From: an uncultured Thiotrichaceae bacterium
GTDB taxonomy: Bacteria > Pseudomonadota > Gammaproteobacteria > Thiotrichales > Thiotrichaceae
Length of the DNA stretch: 64,000 nt
Assembly: GCA_902727985.1 (NCBI GenBank)
Contig: CACVAY010000103.1
Location: forward strand, 11,086-75,085
Direction of reading: 5' to 3'
In this document: in pieces, positions 10,109 through 19,899 of the stretch
Numbering within the stretch: the stretch's first letter is position 1
Layout of the letters: every line of letters begins with the position of its first letter
Position numbers and translations under genes: made by a program
Notes under the pieces: model-generated
What the model was told of the DNA's origin: nothing
The model's database searches: none
Seen by the model: the letters and a program-made list of their open reading frames with translations, nothing else

Positions 10109-11188
10109 CTATTTAGCAATTTTCTTGATATATTCTCTCAGAGGGGTCTCAAATAATTTGTATGAAGCAATTGAGATTGCAATCAATACAACTAGGTATA
10201 AATAGAAATGTGCGGCCTCAGGTATTGCTAGATACTTGCCAATCGTTCGATCGTAAATTCCGTAAACAGGTCTTTGTAGAATATAAAGGGAATAACTGGC
10301 TTCGCCTAAAAGAATCAGGATGGGCAGGTTTAGTGTTTTTGCAATTACACCTTTATTGATCGCTAAGGCAACAATAAAGAGAAGAAATAAGGGGCCAATC
10401 AGTCCATTGGTGAGAGCAATATCTAGATTGAGTATAGCTATCTTGGCTGGTTGAGGTTGTGCAAGAAGTAGGATGAGAATGGCACTACTGACGAAGAGAA
10501 TTACATTGCTGTATTGGCCAAACGTAGTTTCAATTTTCTGACTGTTTTGTTTGAAATAAGCGCCGACAACAACACCTAGAATAAAGGCGTTAATATGCAT
10601 CAAAGGGTGGTAGTAAATAGCGTCATGCACCAGGTTTTTTGCTTGATAGGCCGTGCTATTTAACCAATAGGTGTGGATGAGTTGTGTAGTGAACCATAGT
10701 AAGAGTGCCAATAGTGTAACTTTCTTTAAACCAATGCGCTGAATGAATATCAGAATAAAAGGAAAGGCCGCGTAGAAAAATGCTTCAACCGATAAAGACC
10801 AGCCAGGAGAGTTGAGGCTGAGCGGGTAACCTGGAATCCAAGCCTGCAATAAACTCAAATTGAGCAATAAATCAGTGGTGAAACCGGGGTCTTTAAACTT
10901 CCCAGCAGCAACGAGTAGTAGCGCAAGTAAATAGACGGGATATATGCGGGCAAAACGTGCAATCCAGTATCGCTTTTTATTGAGCGTTTTCGATTGATCT
11001 GCTGAAAAATAGGCAATTGCCATAATGAAGCCAGAGAGCAGGTAGAAATAGTTGACAGCAATCGGGCCTGCTTGAAAGGCTTGACCAAAGAAAGGAATAT
11101 TGGCAGGAAATACTTCACTACCATAGTGAAAAAAGACAACCGTTAAGGCTGCCAGAAATCGCGTAAACGTTATTTGATTAAGATGCAA
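10109..11188 (-). CDS. acyltransferase family 3 (O-acyltransferase, 10-TM type)
   Basis: 359 aa and polytopic. The N-terminal AT3 signature is ITFTRFLAALTVVFFHYGSE. The composition is hydrophobic throughout. It is the last gene of the minus-strand polysaccharide block. Confidence 0.85.
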   Translation of the reverse strand: MHLNQITFTRFLAALTVVFFHYGSEVFPANIPFFGQAFQAGPIAVNYFYLLSGFIMAIAYFSADQSKTLNKKRYWIARFARIYPVYLLALLLVAAGKFKDPGFTTDLLLNLSLLQAWIPGYPLSLNSPGWSLSVEAFFYAAFPFILIFIQRIGLKKVTLLALLLWFTTQLIHTYWLNSTAYQAKNLVHDAIYYHPLMHINAFILGVVVGAYFKQNSQKIETTFGQYSNVILFVSSAILILLLAQPQPAKIAILNLDIALTNGLIGPLFLLFIVALAINKGVIAKTLNLPILILLGEASYSLYILQRPVYGIYDRTIGKYLAIPEAAHFYLYLVVLIAISIASYKLFETPLREYIKKIAK

Positions 11189-11213
11189 AGCTTAGGATGC
11201 TGACTATTGGTGC

Positions 11214-12599
11214 TTAGTAAGCATTTTTATCCGTGAAACCACGGAAAATCGTATAAATAATGATTTTTATATCTAACCAGAGTGACCACTCTCGCATGTA
11301 CTCTAAGTCAAACTCTAGACGTTTTCGCATCTTGTAAAGTGTGTCTGTTTCTCCGCGCCAACCATTAATTTGTGCCCAGCCAGTAATGCCGGGTTTTATT
11401 AAATGTCTCAGCATATAGCCTTGTAGTTGTGAGCGGTATTCTTCGTTATGCGCAATAGCATGAGGGCGCGGGCCAACAATCGACATATCGCCACGGATAA
11501 CGTTGAAAAATTGAGGGAGTTCATCAAGTGATGTTTTACGCAGAAATGCGCCAAACGGGGTGATGCGACTGTCATTACGGGTTGCTTGTTTTACTTTCTC
11601 ACCATTTTCGCATACTGACATGGTGCGAAATTTCCAGACATGAATTTTTTCACCTCCTAAACCATAGCGTTTTTGACGGAAAATGATGGGGCCAGATGAG
11701 GTGAATTTAATGGTTAGTCCAATAATAACCATTACTGGCATGATTAAGAGCAGTATGAGCGAGCTGATAAGAACGTCTTCTACGCGTTTGATAAAGGCAT
11801 TATGCGGTGAGAACGGCGAATCATAAATGCACAAGACAGGCGTTTTGACAATTTCAAGATATTTGCTTTGTAAAAGACTAGAGGTGAAGTAGTCAGGCAG
11901 CATACGAATAGGGGTTGCTGTATCAGAAAGTCGATCAAGTAAGTTGGAGATGCGTTTCTTTGATTCAATTGGTAAGGCCAAATAGACCTGGTCATACTCT
12001 CCTCGCTGAGCAACGGTAATTAAATCTGAGAAATTACCAAGGACTGGGTAGTGATCTCGGATTTCAGGACAGCTACCTGTTTCTGGGTCACCGTAAAAGC
12101 CCGCAACCTGATAACCAAAATCAGGGCTGGATTCTAGCTCTTTGGCAAAGCGCAGGCCGTTTTCAGTTAGTCCTGCGATAACAACGGTTTGATTGTTTAA
12201 TCCCATGGTTTTAAGGTAAGAGAAAAATCTTCTCAAACCATAGCGTGCTGTAATGAGCATCATGGGGGTTATGATTAACCATGATACTAAGGTTACACGA
12301 GAAAACTCAGAGCTGGTTTTAGAGATAAAACCGAAGAAAATCAATACGAGATAAACAAAAAACCAGTTGGCACTAATATGCAGGGCTTCTTCTTTAAAAG
12401 GGCGAGCAGTCCATGATGAATAGATATCGGTGAAGCGACCTATTACACCAAAAAGAATCAGACTAGATAATCCGGCAATGAGATAACCTTCTGGATAGTA
12501 ATAATCTGTATGCAAATAGGTAATGTAAAGTGCAGTGATAATAATCAGGGAGTCTACACCGCGATAGATAAGTTCTGCACTGATTCGTTTGTCATTCAC
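11214..12599 (-). CDS. initiating polyprenyl-phosphate sugar-phosphate transferase (WbaP/WcaJ-type)
   Basis: 461 aa with 4-5 N-terminal TM helices and a central Rossmann-like region. The C-terminal bacterial sugar-transferase domain carries RQKRYGLGGEKIHVWKFRTM...DELPQFFNVIRGDMSIVGPRP. Confidence 0.9.
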   Translation of the reverse strand: MNDKRISAELIYRGVDSLIIITALYITYLHTDYYYPEGYLIAGLSSLILFGVIGRFTDIYSSWTARPFKEEALHISANWFFVYLVLIFFGFISKTSSEFSRVTLVSWLIITPMMLITARYGLRRFFSYLKTMGLNNQTVVIAGLTENGLRFAKELESSPDFGYQVAGFYGDPETGSCPEIRDHYPVLGNFSDLITVAQRGEYDQVYLALPIESKKRISNLLDRLSDTATPIRMLPDYFTSSLLQSKYLEIVKTPVLCIYDSPFSPHNAFIKRVEDVLISSLILLLIMPVMVIIGLTIKFTSSGPIIFRQKRYGLGGEKIHVWKFRTMSVCENGEKVKQATRNDSRITPFGAFLRKTSLDELPQFFNVIRGDMSIVGPRPHAIAHNEEYRSQLQGYMLRHLIKPGITGWAQINGWRGETDTLYKMRKRLEFDLEYMREWSLWLDIKIIIYTIFRGFTDKNAY

Positions 12600-12765
12600 G
12601 CTATGAAGCTCTCCAAAATTTCGTTACTTCTCGTCCTTGAAAAACGTACTTATCGGTTATCTACTGAACCATGAGTCGTTATTACTGTGGGTTAAGTTCA
12701 TCTGCTGGGCAATATACAGTAGATATTTGCGTAAGCAAATTTTAGAGGATTAACCAGCATTTCGT

Positions 12766-13590
12766 TTATCGTGAGGTGTGATCTTTTTCCCATCGATAGT
12801 TTTCGATGGCTTTAAATTGTTTTTTTGCTCTAAAACGAATAAATAATGCAATAAGCATATAAACAAAGGTTGGTATAGCGTCTTTACTCAACAATTTGTT
12901 CTTGAATGATACACCATATTTTGCTTTTTTGGGTTTTGCGCATAAATTAAGAGCATCAAGCTGCATATTACCCAATCGTGCCCGTGTTTTTATCTTGATC
13001 AACGAATACAGATTCTTAGGTGCCGTGATATGAATAGTTGTGCCGGCGATATTGGCTCTTTCTTGGCTTTCGAAACAACATCTCACATAACCATCGTCAT
13101 TGATAATGTCAGGAAATTTTTTGAAGCGCTTTCGCCCTTTTTTACTGAGGATAAAGCTGCATGTTCCGATGACGCCATCTTTTATATAGGGTAGTTCGAG
13201 CCAAGTTTTATAGTATTGACGAACTGGCCATGAAGATTGTGTGAGGTCGATATTCGGCGTAGGTGCTGAAAGCAAAATATCATTTTTTTCAACATGTGCA
13301 GAAATGAAAGCAACAGCATTCTCACTAATGCGTGTATCCGCATCAAGATAAAATACGGGGTAGCTTGTTATGTGTTGATCGGCTTCGTTGAGTGCATTGG
13401 TTTTAGAGGGTTTTTCAATATCAAGACAAATGGCTTCAGGATAATGTTCTCTGACAATATCAGCGGTATTATCACTACAGCCATTGCAGGCCACAATTAT
13501 TGTTTCAACATCTTTTTGATCAATAACGCTGTCAATGCAAGCACGTATCACCGTTTCTTCATTATGCGCAGGAATAATAATCGTTGCCAT
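12766..13590 (-). CDS. family 2 glycosyltransferase
   Basis: 274 aa with ATIIIPAHNEETVIRACIDSV, the DxD-type block FYLDADTRI, and a C-terminal TM segment. Confidence 0.85.
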   Translation of the reverse strand: MATIIIPAHNEETVIRACIDSVIDQKDVETIIVACNGCSDNTADIVREHYPEAICLDIEKPSKTNALNEADQHITSYPVFYLDADTRISENAVAFISAHVEKNDILLSAPTPNIDLTQSSWPVRQYYKTWLELPYIKDGVIGTCSFILSKKGRKRFKKFPDIINDDGYVRCCFESQERANIAGTTIHITAPKNLYSLIKIKTRARLGNMQLDALNLCAKPKKAKYGVSFKNKLLSKDAIPTFVYMLIALFIRFRAKKQFKAIENYRWEKDHTSR

Positions 13591-13591
13591 A

Positions 13592-14530
13592 TTATGCCCA
13601 GCCTTTTAACCAGTCGTGACGCGCTTTAAAAATGGTTTGCCATTCGGCAAGGCGTGCTTTTTTTTGTGGCTTAATTAAGCTAAGCAAGTGATGGGCTGCT
13701 AACTGGTTTAGAACATAGATATAGAGCAATCCGCGATGAAGAGGTCTTTCCAGTGGTTTTGAATGTCGATTAACCAGTTCTACCTTCGCTTTTAAGAGTT
13801 TGATCATCTTGCCAGACAAATTGACTTCACTGGCTCCTCCATGATGAATGATTTTCGCATCAGGTGTGATCAGAGGTTGTTTGCCCTTAGCGATGGCTTT
13901 TAGACAGTAATCACCTTCTTCTCCGTACATGAAAAAGGTTTCATCAAAGCCTCCGATTGTCTCCCATAATTCACGGGTTGTGAGGAAAAAGCAGCCTTGT
14001 AAGATATCGACCGTTTTTATGCTATCACGTTGCCAGCAGCCATAGTTTCCGCTATTAAAAAAACAACTGTTCTTGAAGATCTTACTGAAGCCCAAGGCAC
14101 TAAATAGTAATGTTTGTGTAGAAGGTCTGGCCCATGCGTTATGGGTATTGATGCTGCGATCATTATTAAGTGTGATGCCACCCCAAATGCCGTTTTCGGT
14201 GTTTTCTTTGGCGAAGGCATAGAGCTTATCAATGGCTCCATCCAGAATCACAGTATCAGGGTTAAGAAACAGTAATTGTTCAGAAGAATAAACGCGTGAA
14301 CCTATGTTAATACCACCAGCAAAGCCCGTGTTGTCTAGCGAGCGAACCAAATGCACATCAGGAAATTGTTTTTCGATCGCATCTGCTGAGCCATCATGTG
14401 AGTTATTGTCGACAACTATCAGGTTGAAGCTTGTGTCTTTGGTTTCTTCATAGACACTCGCAATCGCACGCAGCGTCATTTCTACGGTGTTATAAGAGAC
14501 TATGACGATGTCGAGTTGTTTAATCGTCAT
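13592..14530 (-). CDS. family 2 glycosyltransferase (rhamnosyltransferase-like)
   Basis: 312 aa with LDIVIVSYNTVEMTLRAIASV, VVDNNSHDGS, FAGGINIG, LFLNPDTVI and MYGEEGDYCLK. Confidence 0.85.
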   Translation of the reverse strand: MTIKQLDIVIVSYNTVEMTLRAIASVYEETKDTSFNLIVVDNNSHDGSADAIEKQFPDVHLVRSLDNTGFAGGINIGSRVYSSEQLLFLNPDTVILDGAIDKLYAFAKENTENGIWGGITLNNDRSINTHNAWARPSTQTLLFSALGFSKIFKNSCFFNSGNYGCWQRDSIKTVDILQGCFFLTTRELWETIGGFDETFFMYGEEGDYCLKAIAKGKQPLITPDAKIIHHGGASEVNLSGKMIKLLKAKVELVNRHSKPLERPLHRGLLYIYVLNQLAAHHLLSLIKPQKKARLAEWQTIFKARHDWLKGWA

Positions 14531-14975
14531 GTTTGATCATTCCGTAGGCAATAGTCTCGATGTTTTCTTTAATGACTCTAGCTGGGTTGCCGCCCACTGC
14601 GCTATTTGAAGGGATGTCTTTTGTGACTACACTTCCGGCTCCAACAATGACATGATCGCCAATAGTTACATTGGGTAAGATAATAGACCCCGCTCCGATA
14701 AAACAACATTCTCCAATAATTGTCTTTGCGTCATGGCGGCGTGTTGAAAAATCATGTGAAAGAATAATGGCATCAAAAGCAACGTAAGTTTTTGCGCCAA
14801 TATGTAATCCTTTGGGGTTGGTTTTATCAATACGGGCTTTGAATGAGATACGTACATCTTCAGCGATATCCATACCATAGATTTTTCGGAAATAGGCGGT
14901 GCGGAGTTTTAGAATGGTGTTGCGTATAGTTACCAGAACCATAAACATTCGTTGATTGATAAAGCGGGCGCGCAT
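14520..14975 (-). CDS. hexapeptide-repeat (LbH) O-acetyltransferase
   Basis: 151 aa. The left-handed beta-helix repeats are IGECCFIGAGSIILPNVTIGDHVIVGAGSVVTKDIPSNSAVGGNPARV. It overlaps the upstream GT2 gene by 11 nt. Confidence 0.85.
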   Translation of the reverse strand: MRARFINQRMFMVLVTIRNTILKLRTAYFRKIYGMDIAEDVRISFKARIDKTNPKGLHIGAKTYVAFDAIILSHDFSTRRHDAKTIIGECCFIGAGSIILPNVTIGDHVIVGAGSVVTKDIPSNSAVGGNPARVIKENIETIAYGMIKHDD

Positions 14976-14985
14976 GATTCTTGTC

Positions 14986-15915
14986 CTACATGGAGATAAC
15001 TGATTTTATCGGATAGTGGTCTGAATGCGAGAACTCAGAAAGTCGTTCGTAGCTTAAGACCTTAAACGGCGCCGAGAATAGCAGATAATCAATTTTGATG
15101 AAGGGGATGGGGGATAAAAACTCACTTCCAGGTGAGGGGTAGGTGAATAAGCCTTTATTTTTTGCAGCATGAAAGCTCGGAGTGAGAAACTGAAAAAATG
15201 ATTTCATCGCATCATTTTGTGGCGTTGAGTTAAAGTCACCGCAAACGATTTTATGGGGGTGCTCATTCTCCTGTACATCTGCTCGAAGCAAATTCATGAA
15301 TATGGTTTGATGATGTTCCAGGTGTAAGGACTTTGGGGAGTGAAGATTCCAGACCAGCACTTCTTGGCCACCAAGGTGCGTCTTTGTTTGCATATAGGGA
15401 GTGGTTTTTAGTGGTGTTAAGGGGGTTTTAGAAAGCACCATTAAGTTTTCTTCTTTCGCATAATTATGATGCATGTCGATGTTATGTGTTTTTAGTACCT
15501 TTTTGAAAACCTCATACTGATCAAAAGGCAACTCCTGTAAACACATAATATCAGCAGGGTTCTCTTTTAACACTTTTGCTACATCATCATACTTGTGGTT
15601 GGATTTATTCATGCTAAATGAAAGCAGAGTGAATTCTTTTTGTTGTTTCTCGTCGTAGCTTATGTGTTGAGTATTTTCTGATGCAATCATGGGTAGCCAG
15701 TAAGAAATGACAATAAAGAGTAGTGCTGGAATGAACCAAATGAGTTTTTTGCGATGAGCAATCAGTAAGTAGAGGGAAAAGCCAATACTCGCAAGCATGA
15801 AAAATGAGTATAAAAAATGTAGATATCTCACTACAAAGTAGTCGTCGCTGAGGATTAATTCAAGACCGATAAGTCCATAAAAAGCGCAAATAATAAGAAC
15901 GATAAATATATTCAT
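14986..15915 (-). CDS. membrane-anchored endonuclease/exonuclease/phosphatase (EEP) family protein
   Basis: 309 aa with three N-terminal TM helices. The EEP blocks follow: ADIMCLQELP, VLVWNLH, VCGDFNSTP and HSDHYPI. Confidence 0.75.
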   Translation of the reverse strand: MNIFIVLIICAFYGLIGLELILSDDYFVVRYLHFLYSFFMLASIGFSLYLLIAHRKKLIWFIPALLFIVISYWLPMIASENTQHISYDEKQQKEFTLLSFSMNKSNHKYDDVAKVLKENPADIMCLQELPFDQYEVFKKVLKTHNIDMHHNYAKEENLMVLSKTPLTPLKTTPYMQTKTHLGGQEVLVWNLHSPKSLHLEHHQTIFMNLLRADVQENEHPHKIVCGDFNSTPQNDAMKSFFQFLTPSFHAAKNKGLFTYPSPGSEFLSPIPFIKIDYLLFSAPFKVLSYERLSEFSHSDHYPIKSVISM

Positions 15916-15939
15916 GATAGTTTATTGGTGATGATTTTC

Positions 15940-17199
15940 TTAGCCCTTCCGTTGATGAAGCCATGCTAAATGACCGATTTTTTCTTTTAAACCTGGATAA
16001 CGAATCCAGCCAATAGCGCCCATCGTGAAGAAGAACAATGGCTGTAATTTGCCAAAGTAATCAACAGTAAAGCCTATTAAAATGAGTGCCATAAATGATA
16101 ACAACCATGCATTGATCATCCAGCGATAAAGCTCGTGATGTGTGTGTAGTCGATTCATGACGTGAAATAATAGATAGATTGAACAAACTAGCAAAAGTAT
16201 CCCCGCAGGGATGCCATGTTGCATAGTCATGAGTAACCAAAAACTATCAATGCTGTAGTTAAGCCATTCAGGTCGAGACCATTCACTAACACCAATACCT
16301 AATAGAGGATTTTCCAGAATATCATCGGTTGCATAGCGCCACTGGAACAGGCGGTAATACCCTGTATTTGGATTGAATGTGAGATGGGAAATCAGTATCG
16401 CAAAAAAACCTCGGTTTGAAATCGTGCTGATGAGTAATGCGACAGAAATGCCGATGAATGCAAGTGACATCCAAAAGCGACGAGCGCCATTCCAGAAATT
16501 GGTAAGTAGGGCGCCAGAAGCCTGAAACACAGTTGAAAGCAACGGTGCAGAAGATAAAGTCAACAGCATGGAGGCGAATAACGCTACAGAAGTAACGATA
16601 TAACGTCCACGAAATGCATGTAACATTAACAAGATGGCAAATGGGAAGAATATAGCGGTAACAGTTCCATAGAGGATTGGATGTGCAAATACGTTTGTTG
16701 CACGCATAATACCGTTTCTGATGTAGTAATGTGTGAATAGGCTAGGGTCTAGAGAGTTATGGCCTGTAACGGCTGTTGCCCATTCATGCAGAATACGATG
16801 TTTGAAGAAGCTTTCGTAAACGCTGAACCCAGCTAGTAAGGTTAAAATAACGACAAAGGCGATATTAATCTGGAAAAAACGTTTTGGCGTGGTGATAAAA
16901 AAACGTGCCAGATAAAAAGCCCCAAGCACTTCAATAATGAAGATGCCTGCAGATTCAATGCCTTTTTGTAGGCCATGGTTGGCAATAAAACTCATGGTGG
17001 CCAATAGTGTAAAGCTAACCAATAAAATGTCGACTAGATCGGCTTGTTCAAGCAACTCTTTGAAATTGATGAAGGCATAGATCAGAGTCAGAATTAAAAC
17101 GATGCGATAGAGTTCTAAGCGCAGACCTCCTGCTGAGAAATAAAATTCGACAGGAATAAAAATCGAAAGAACAAATAATGCAGCGAGTGCTTTAATCAT
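15940..17199 (-). CDS. O-antigen polymerase/ligase-family membrane protein (Wzy-like)
   Basis: 419 aa with about 10-12 TM helices and a large loop region (GHNSLDPSLFTHYYIRNGIMRATNVFAHPI) typical of the Wzy_C family. It is adjacent to the flippase. Confidence 0.7.
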   Translation of the reverse strand: MIKALAALFVLSIFIPVEFYFSAGGLRLELYRIVLILTLIYAFINFKELLEQADLVDILLVSFTLLATMSFIANHGLQKGIESAGIFIIEVLGAFYLARFFITTPKRFFQINIAFVVILTLLAGFSVYESFFKHRILHEWATAVTGHNSLDPSLFTHYYIRNGIMRATNVFAHPILYGTVTAIFFPFAILLMLHAFRGRYIVTSVALFASMLLTLSSAPLLSTVFQASGALLTNFWNGARRFWMSLAFIGISVALLISTISNRGFFAILISHLTFNPNTGYYRLFQWRYATDDILENPLLGIGVSEWSRPEWLNYSIDSFWLLMTMQHGIPAGILLLVCSIYLLFHVMNRLHTHHELYRWMINAWLLSFMALILIGFTVDYFGKLQPLFFFTMGAIGWIRYPGLKEKIGHLAWLHQRKG

Positions 17200-18469
17200 G
17201 ATGTTTATATTTTACAAGCAATTTGTGGTGAAAGAAGAGTATTACAACCGAGCCCGCAAGGAAACCATTTGCTATTAATGTTGCGGTTGCCGCACCCTCC
17301 ATGCCGTAACGATTAATAAGGTAATAGTTGGCAAACAGGTTGATGATAAGGGACATTACCATAACGATGTTTAATCGTTTAACCTGATTCTCAATGATAA
17401 ACATAAATGAGAAGGTTAGGCTGGTTGCACGTAACCATTGCGCAGCCAGAAGAATCAGTAAAGCAAAAGTCGCCTGCTTAAATGTTTCACCAAATAACCC
17501 AAGAGCGGGTTTGGCGAGTACTGCCATAACGAGTGTCACTAATAATAAACCCAAGATGACTAAAGCCGTAGCTTTCCAGAAAAAAGATTGGAGTTTGTCT
17601 GGATGATTTTTACTGATATTGAGGAGTCTTGGGTAAATGGTTGCATCCAAAGCGCCTAAGAAAAATAGACTGATAAATGATATTTGAGCGGCTGTTGAGT
17701 ATAGGCCAACTTGTTCGCTATTGAGTAAAGCACCGACCATGACCGTATCAGAATACAACATGAAAAAAGGAAACAGAGATACTGGTGCAAGAGGTAAGGA
17801 TCGTTTGATGATCTGGGCAAAACGTGGAATGTTAGGTTGTTGTGCCCGCTTTCGGTTTAGCCAAGGGAGAATCACCATGACCGACAAGATGCCCGCAAGT
17901 ACATTTGAAGCGGTGTAAAGATTCAAATAGTTTTGGTTTTGTTGGAAGCTAGACCAAAAGATACCGATGAGTAGTAGAAAGCTAATCGCAGGAATAGCGT
18001 TTTGCACTAAAGCGGATGATGATGCCATGCGTAAACTTTTAAAGTAGAAGGCATTAATCGTCACTAGGTTGAAGAACAGAATGCCAATACCCGCCAGCAT
18101 CATATTTTGATGGGTAATATTCCCAAATAAGCTGTCAGCGATCCACGGGCTGAATAGCAACCAAAGGCTAATAAATACAAAAGAGGTAAAAAAGATGACG
18201 TGGTAACTATTTTTCAAGAACTGTGTGCCAAAGGTTTGTTGATGCTCTTCAACGCTGGCAATTTCTTTGACAATTAATTGCTCAATACCAATGCGGCTCA
18301 TCAATGCTGTGCCTGTTACCAATGTCAGTAACATTTTGACATCACCATAGTTCCCCAAGGTCAACATGCGGGCGAGAAGAATGTGCAGCGCAAAATTGAG
18401 CCCAACGCCAATAAAGCGAGCAATCATTGAGAGAAGGCTGTGGAGTAATAAACCTTTATCGGCTGACAT
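17192..18469 (-). CDS. wzx: Wzx-type polysaccharide flippase (MOP superfamily)
   Basis: 425 aa with about 12 TM helices. The N-terminal LLHSLLSMIARFIGVGLNFALHILLARMLTLGNYG pattern is typical of polysaccharide-biosynthesis (PST) proteins. It overlaps the next gene by 8 nt. Confidence 0.8.
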   Translation of the reverse strand: MSADKGLLLHSLLSMIARFIGVGLNFALHILLARMLTLGNYGDVKMLLTLVTGTALMSRIGIEQLIVKEIASVEEHQQTFGTQFLKNSYHVIFFTSFVFISLWLLFSPWIADSLFGNITHQNMMLAGIGILFFNLVTINAFYFKSLRMASSSALVQNAIPAISFLLLIGIFWSSFQQNQNYLNLYTASNVLAGILSVMVILPWLNRKRAQQPNIPRFAQIIKRSLPLAPVSLFPFFMLYSDTVMVGALLNSEQVGLYSTAAQISFISLFFLGALDATIYPRLLNISKNHPDKLQSFFWKATALVILGLLLVTLVMAVLAKPALGLFGETFKQATFALLILLAAQWLRATSLTFSFMFIIENQVKRLNIVMVMSLIINLFANYYLINRYGMEGAATATLIANGFLAGSVVILFFHHKLLVKYKHHD

Positions 18470-18663
18470 GTGGAAATATGGTGAGAAACTTTGAAGCGGC
18501 GATTATATGCTGATGCAGAGGTAACGGCAATCCATACCGCTAAGGCTATTCCGTTATGTTTTTACGGAGATTTAGGTGTTTCTGGTATGAAGAAATAATT
18601 CGCCTAAGCAAGACTGAGTCGATAGGATTGCCAGCAATGAATATTCTTACAGGCGTTTAGGTC

Positions 18664-18915
18664 GTGATGAAAACAACTGAAAATACACTGAATTTATTTT
18701 TAGAGTGGATAGGAACGGTGATGGCTGTTTCTGCTGCTATTTTGCTTGCGATAAATATTCCTATCAGTGGTTGGGCGTATGTGTTTTATCTTGTATCGAG
18801 TGTTTTATTGATGTGGTGGGGGTTTAGAAGAAAAGCCTATGGAATTGCGATGCAAAACGTAGTATTTATTGTGATTAATATTATTGGCATTTATCGTTGG
18901 TTGATTATCGCCTGA
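18664..18915 (+). CDS. small 3-TM inner-membrane protein (possibly a SemiSWEET/PnuC/YgjV-like half unit)
   Basis: 83 aa. The track starts at GTG 18664, but ATG 18667 is equally possible. It has three predicted TM helices and an aromatic-rich loop (LLMWWGFRRKAYG). The fold assignment is a guess. Confidence 0.45.
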   Translation: MMKTTENTLNLFLEWIGTVMAVSAAILLAINIPISGWAYVFYLVSSVLLMWWGFRRKAYGIAMQNVVFIVINIIGIYRWLIIA

Positions 18916-18953
18916 GGAGAACGGATCTTCTCCTCCAACAGGATGAGCTATGA

Positions 18954-19484
18954 TTAAAGACTTTGTCTTTGAATGTAAGCTTTGATTTCTGTCGGTCGGA
19001 TATTGCCAGATTGCATCGCTTTCAATTTTCCAGCGGGTGAAAAAATCAGGTAGGTTGGAGCACCTGATAGTGGTTTTTTTGCTATTTTTCGAACATAGGA
19101 GTCAAAGTCATTAATATTTGTAAGTAAGGTAGGGAAATTTACTTCAAAACTATCAATGAAACCTTTCGCTTTTTTTAGGTCGTTATCTAAAGATACGCCA
19201 ACGAGTGTCGTGTTTGGCATAGAGTTAGCTGACTCCACTAATTCAGGCATGGTGTCTTTGCATGTTCCACATTCAGAGTGCCAAGCTTCAACAACAACCC
19301 ACTGACCTTTACCCACATATTTAGATAATGCGGCAGGTTGCCCTTGCATATCGGTCATGCTCGCTTGGGAAGTGTTGGCGATAATTAAAAGTGTGAGGAA
19401 GGGGAGAAATGCAAATAGTTTCAGGTGAGATGTCATGCTATAAATCAAGTTGCTAAGAACAGAATAGGATTTTCTAAAAGACAT
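18954..19484 (-). CDS. TlpA/redoxin-family periplasmic thiol:disulfide oxidoreductase
   Basis: 176 aa with a signal/anchor (LKLFAFLPFLTLLIIANTSQA) and a thioredoxin-fold CxxC motif in WVVVEAWHSECGTCKDTMPEL. Confidence 0.8.
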   Translation of the reverse strand: MSFRKSYSVLSNLIYSMTSHLKLFAFLPFLTLLIIANTSQASMTDMQGQPAALSKYVGKGQWVVVEAWHSECGTCKDTMPELVESANSMPNTTLVGVSLDNDLKKAKGFIDSFEVNFPTLLTNINDFDSYVRKIAKKPLSGAPTYLIFSPAGKLKAMQSGNIRPTEIKAYIQRQSL

Positions 19485-19899
19485 AAAAGGCAGCGATTTT
19501 GGTAAGATGTTTAATAGGTGGCAAAAAAATCGTTTGCTTTATATCACCGTTTTATAATATTAACAAGTTGTATGATATAAAAAGGAATGGTGCTTTTCTG
19601 TCAAAACAGGTTTGTATTTTAAAAGTAACACTTTCTGTTGATAGTATTGACAATAATGTACTATATACAACATATTTATACGTGTTTTTTCTCATTAAAG
19701 GAGTGTCTGATTAAGTGAGGAGCTGGGGGTTTTCATTAGGAAAATTATTCAGATTTGTTGCTTGAGAGAAGATCACATAGGTTCTGTTTGTAATTCATTG
19801 ACAGATTCTAGGGGGTTAGAAAATCTAATTATCTCCCTCGTTATTTATTCAGATGCCCTTTAACTTATTCAGTGACTCAGTGTCACCAAAGGAGCTACT

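Noticed and set aside
13658-13665. A/T homopolymers of 8 nt inside coding genes as phase-variation sites. Examples are the GT2 gene at 13658-13665, hrpA at 31708-31715, the AT3 gene at about 27826, the 507-aa gene at about 29057 and the HK gene at about 57105.
   Set aside because: A8/T8 runs are frequent throughout this AT-rich window, including in the housekeeping gene hrpA, and all of them are in frame. The GT2 run lies in the last 25 codons. I regard them as background composition, unlike the A7-plus-hairpin site and the G9 tract in chpA.
18914-18935. Hairpins GAGGAGAA-N6-TTCTCCTC (18914-18935) and TTCTTTAGA-N12-TCTAAAGAA (7476-7505) as intrinsic terminators.
   Set aside because: Neither stem is followed by a U-tract on either strand, and the second is AT-only with a 12-nt loop. 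The support is too weak to list them as terminators.
19499-19714. A 71-aa + strand ORF upstream of the META gene. The same verdict applies to the 62-aa ORF at 22166-22354 and the 87-aa ORF at 34662-34925.
   Set aside because: These ORFs lie in AT-rich promoter regions, use odd start codons, have no recognisable domains and have implausible composition. I treated them as intergenic.
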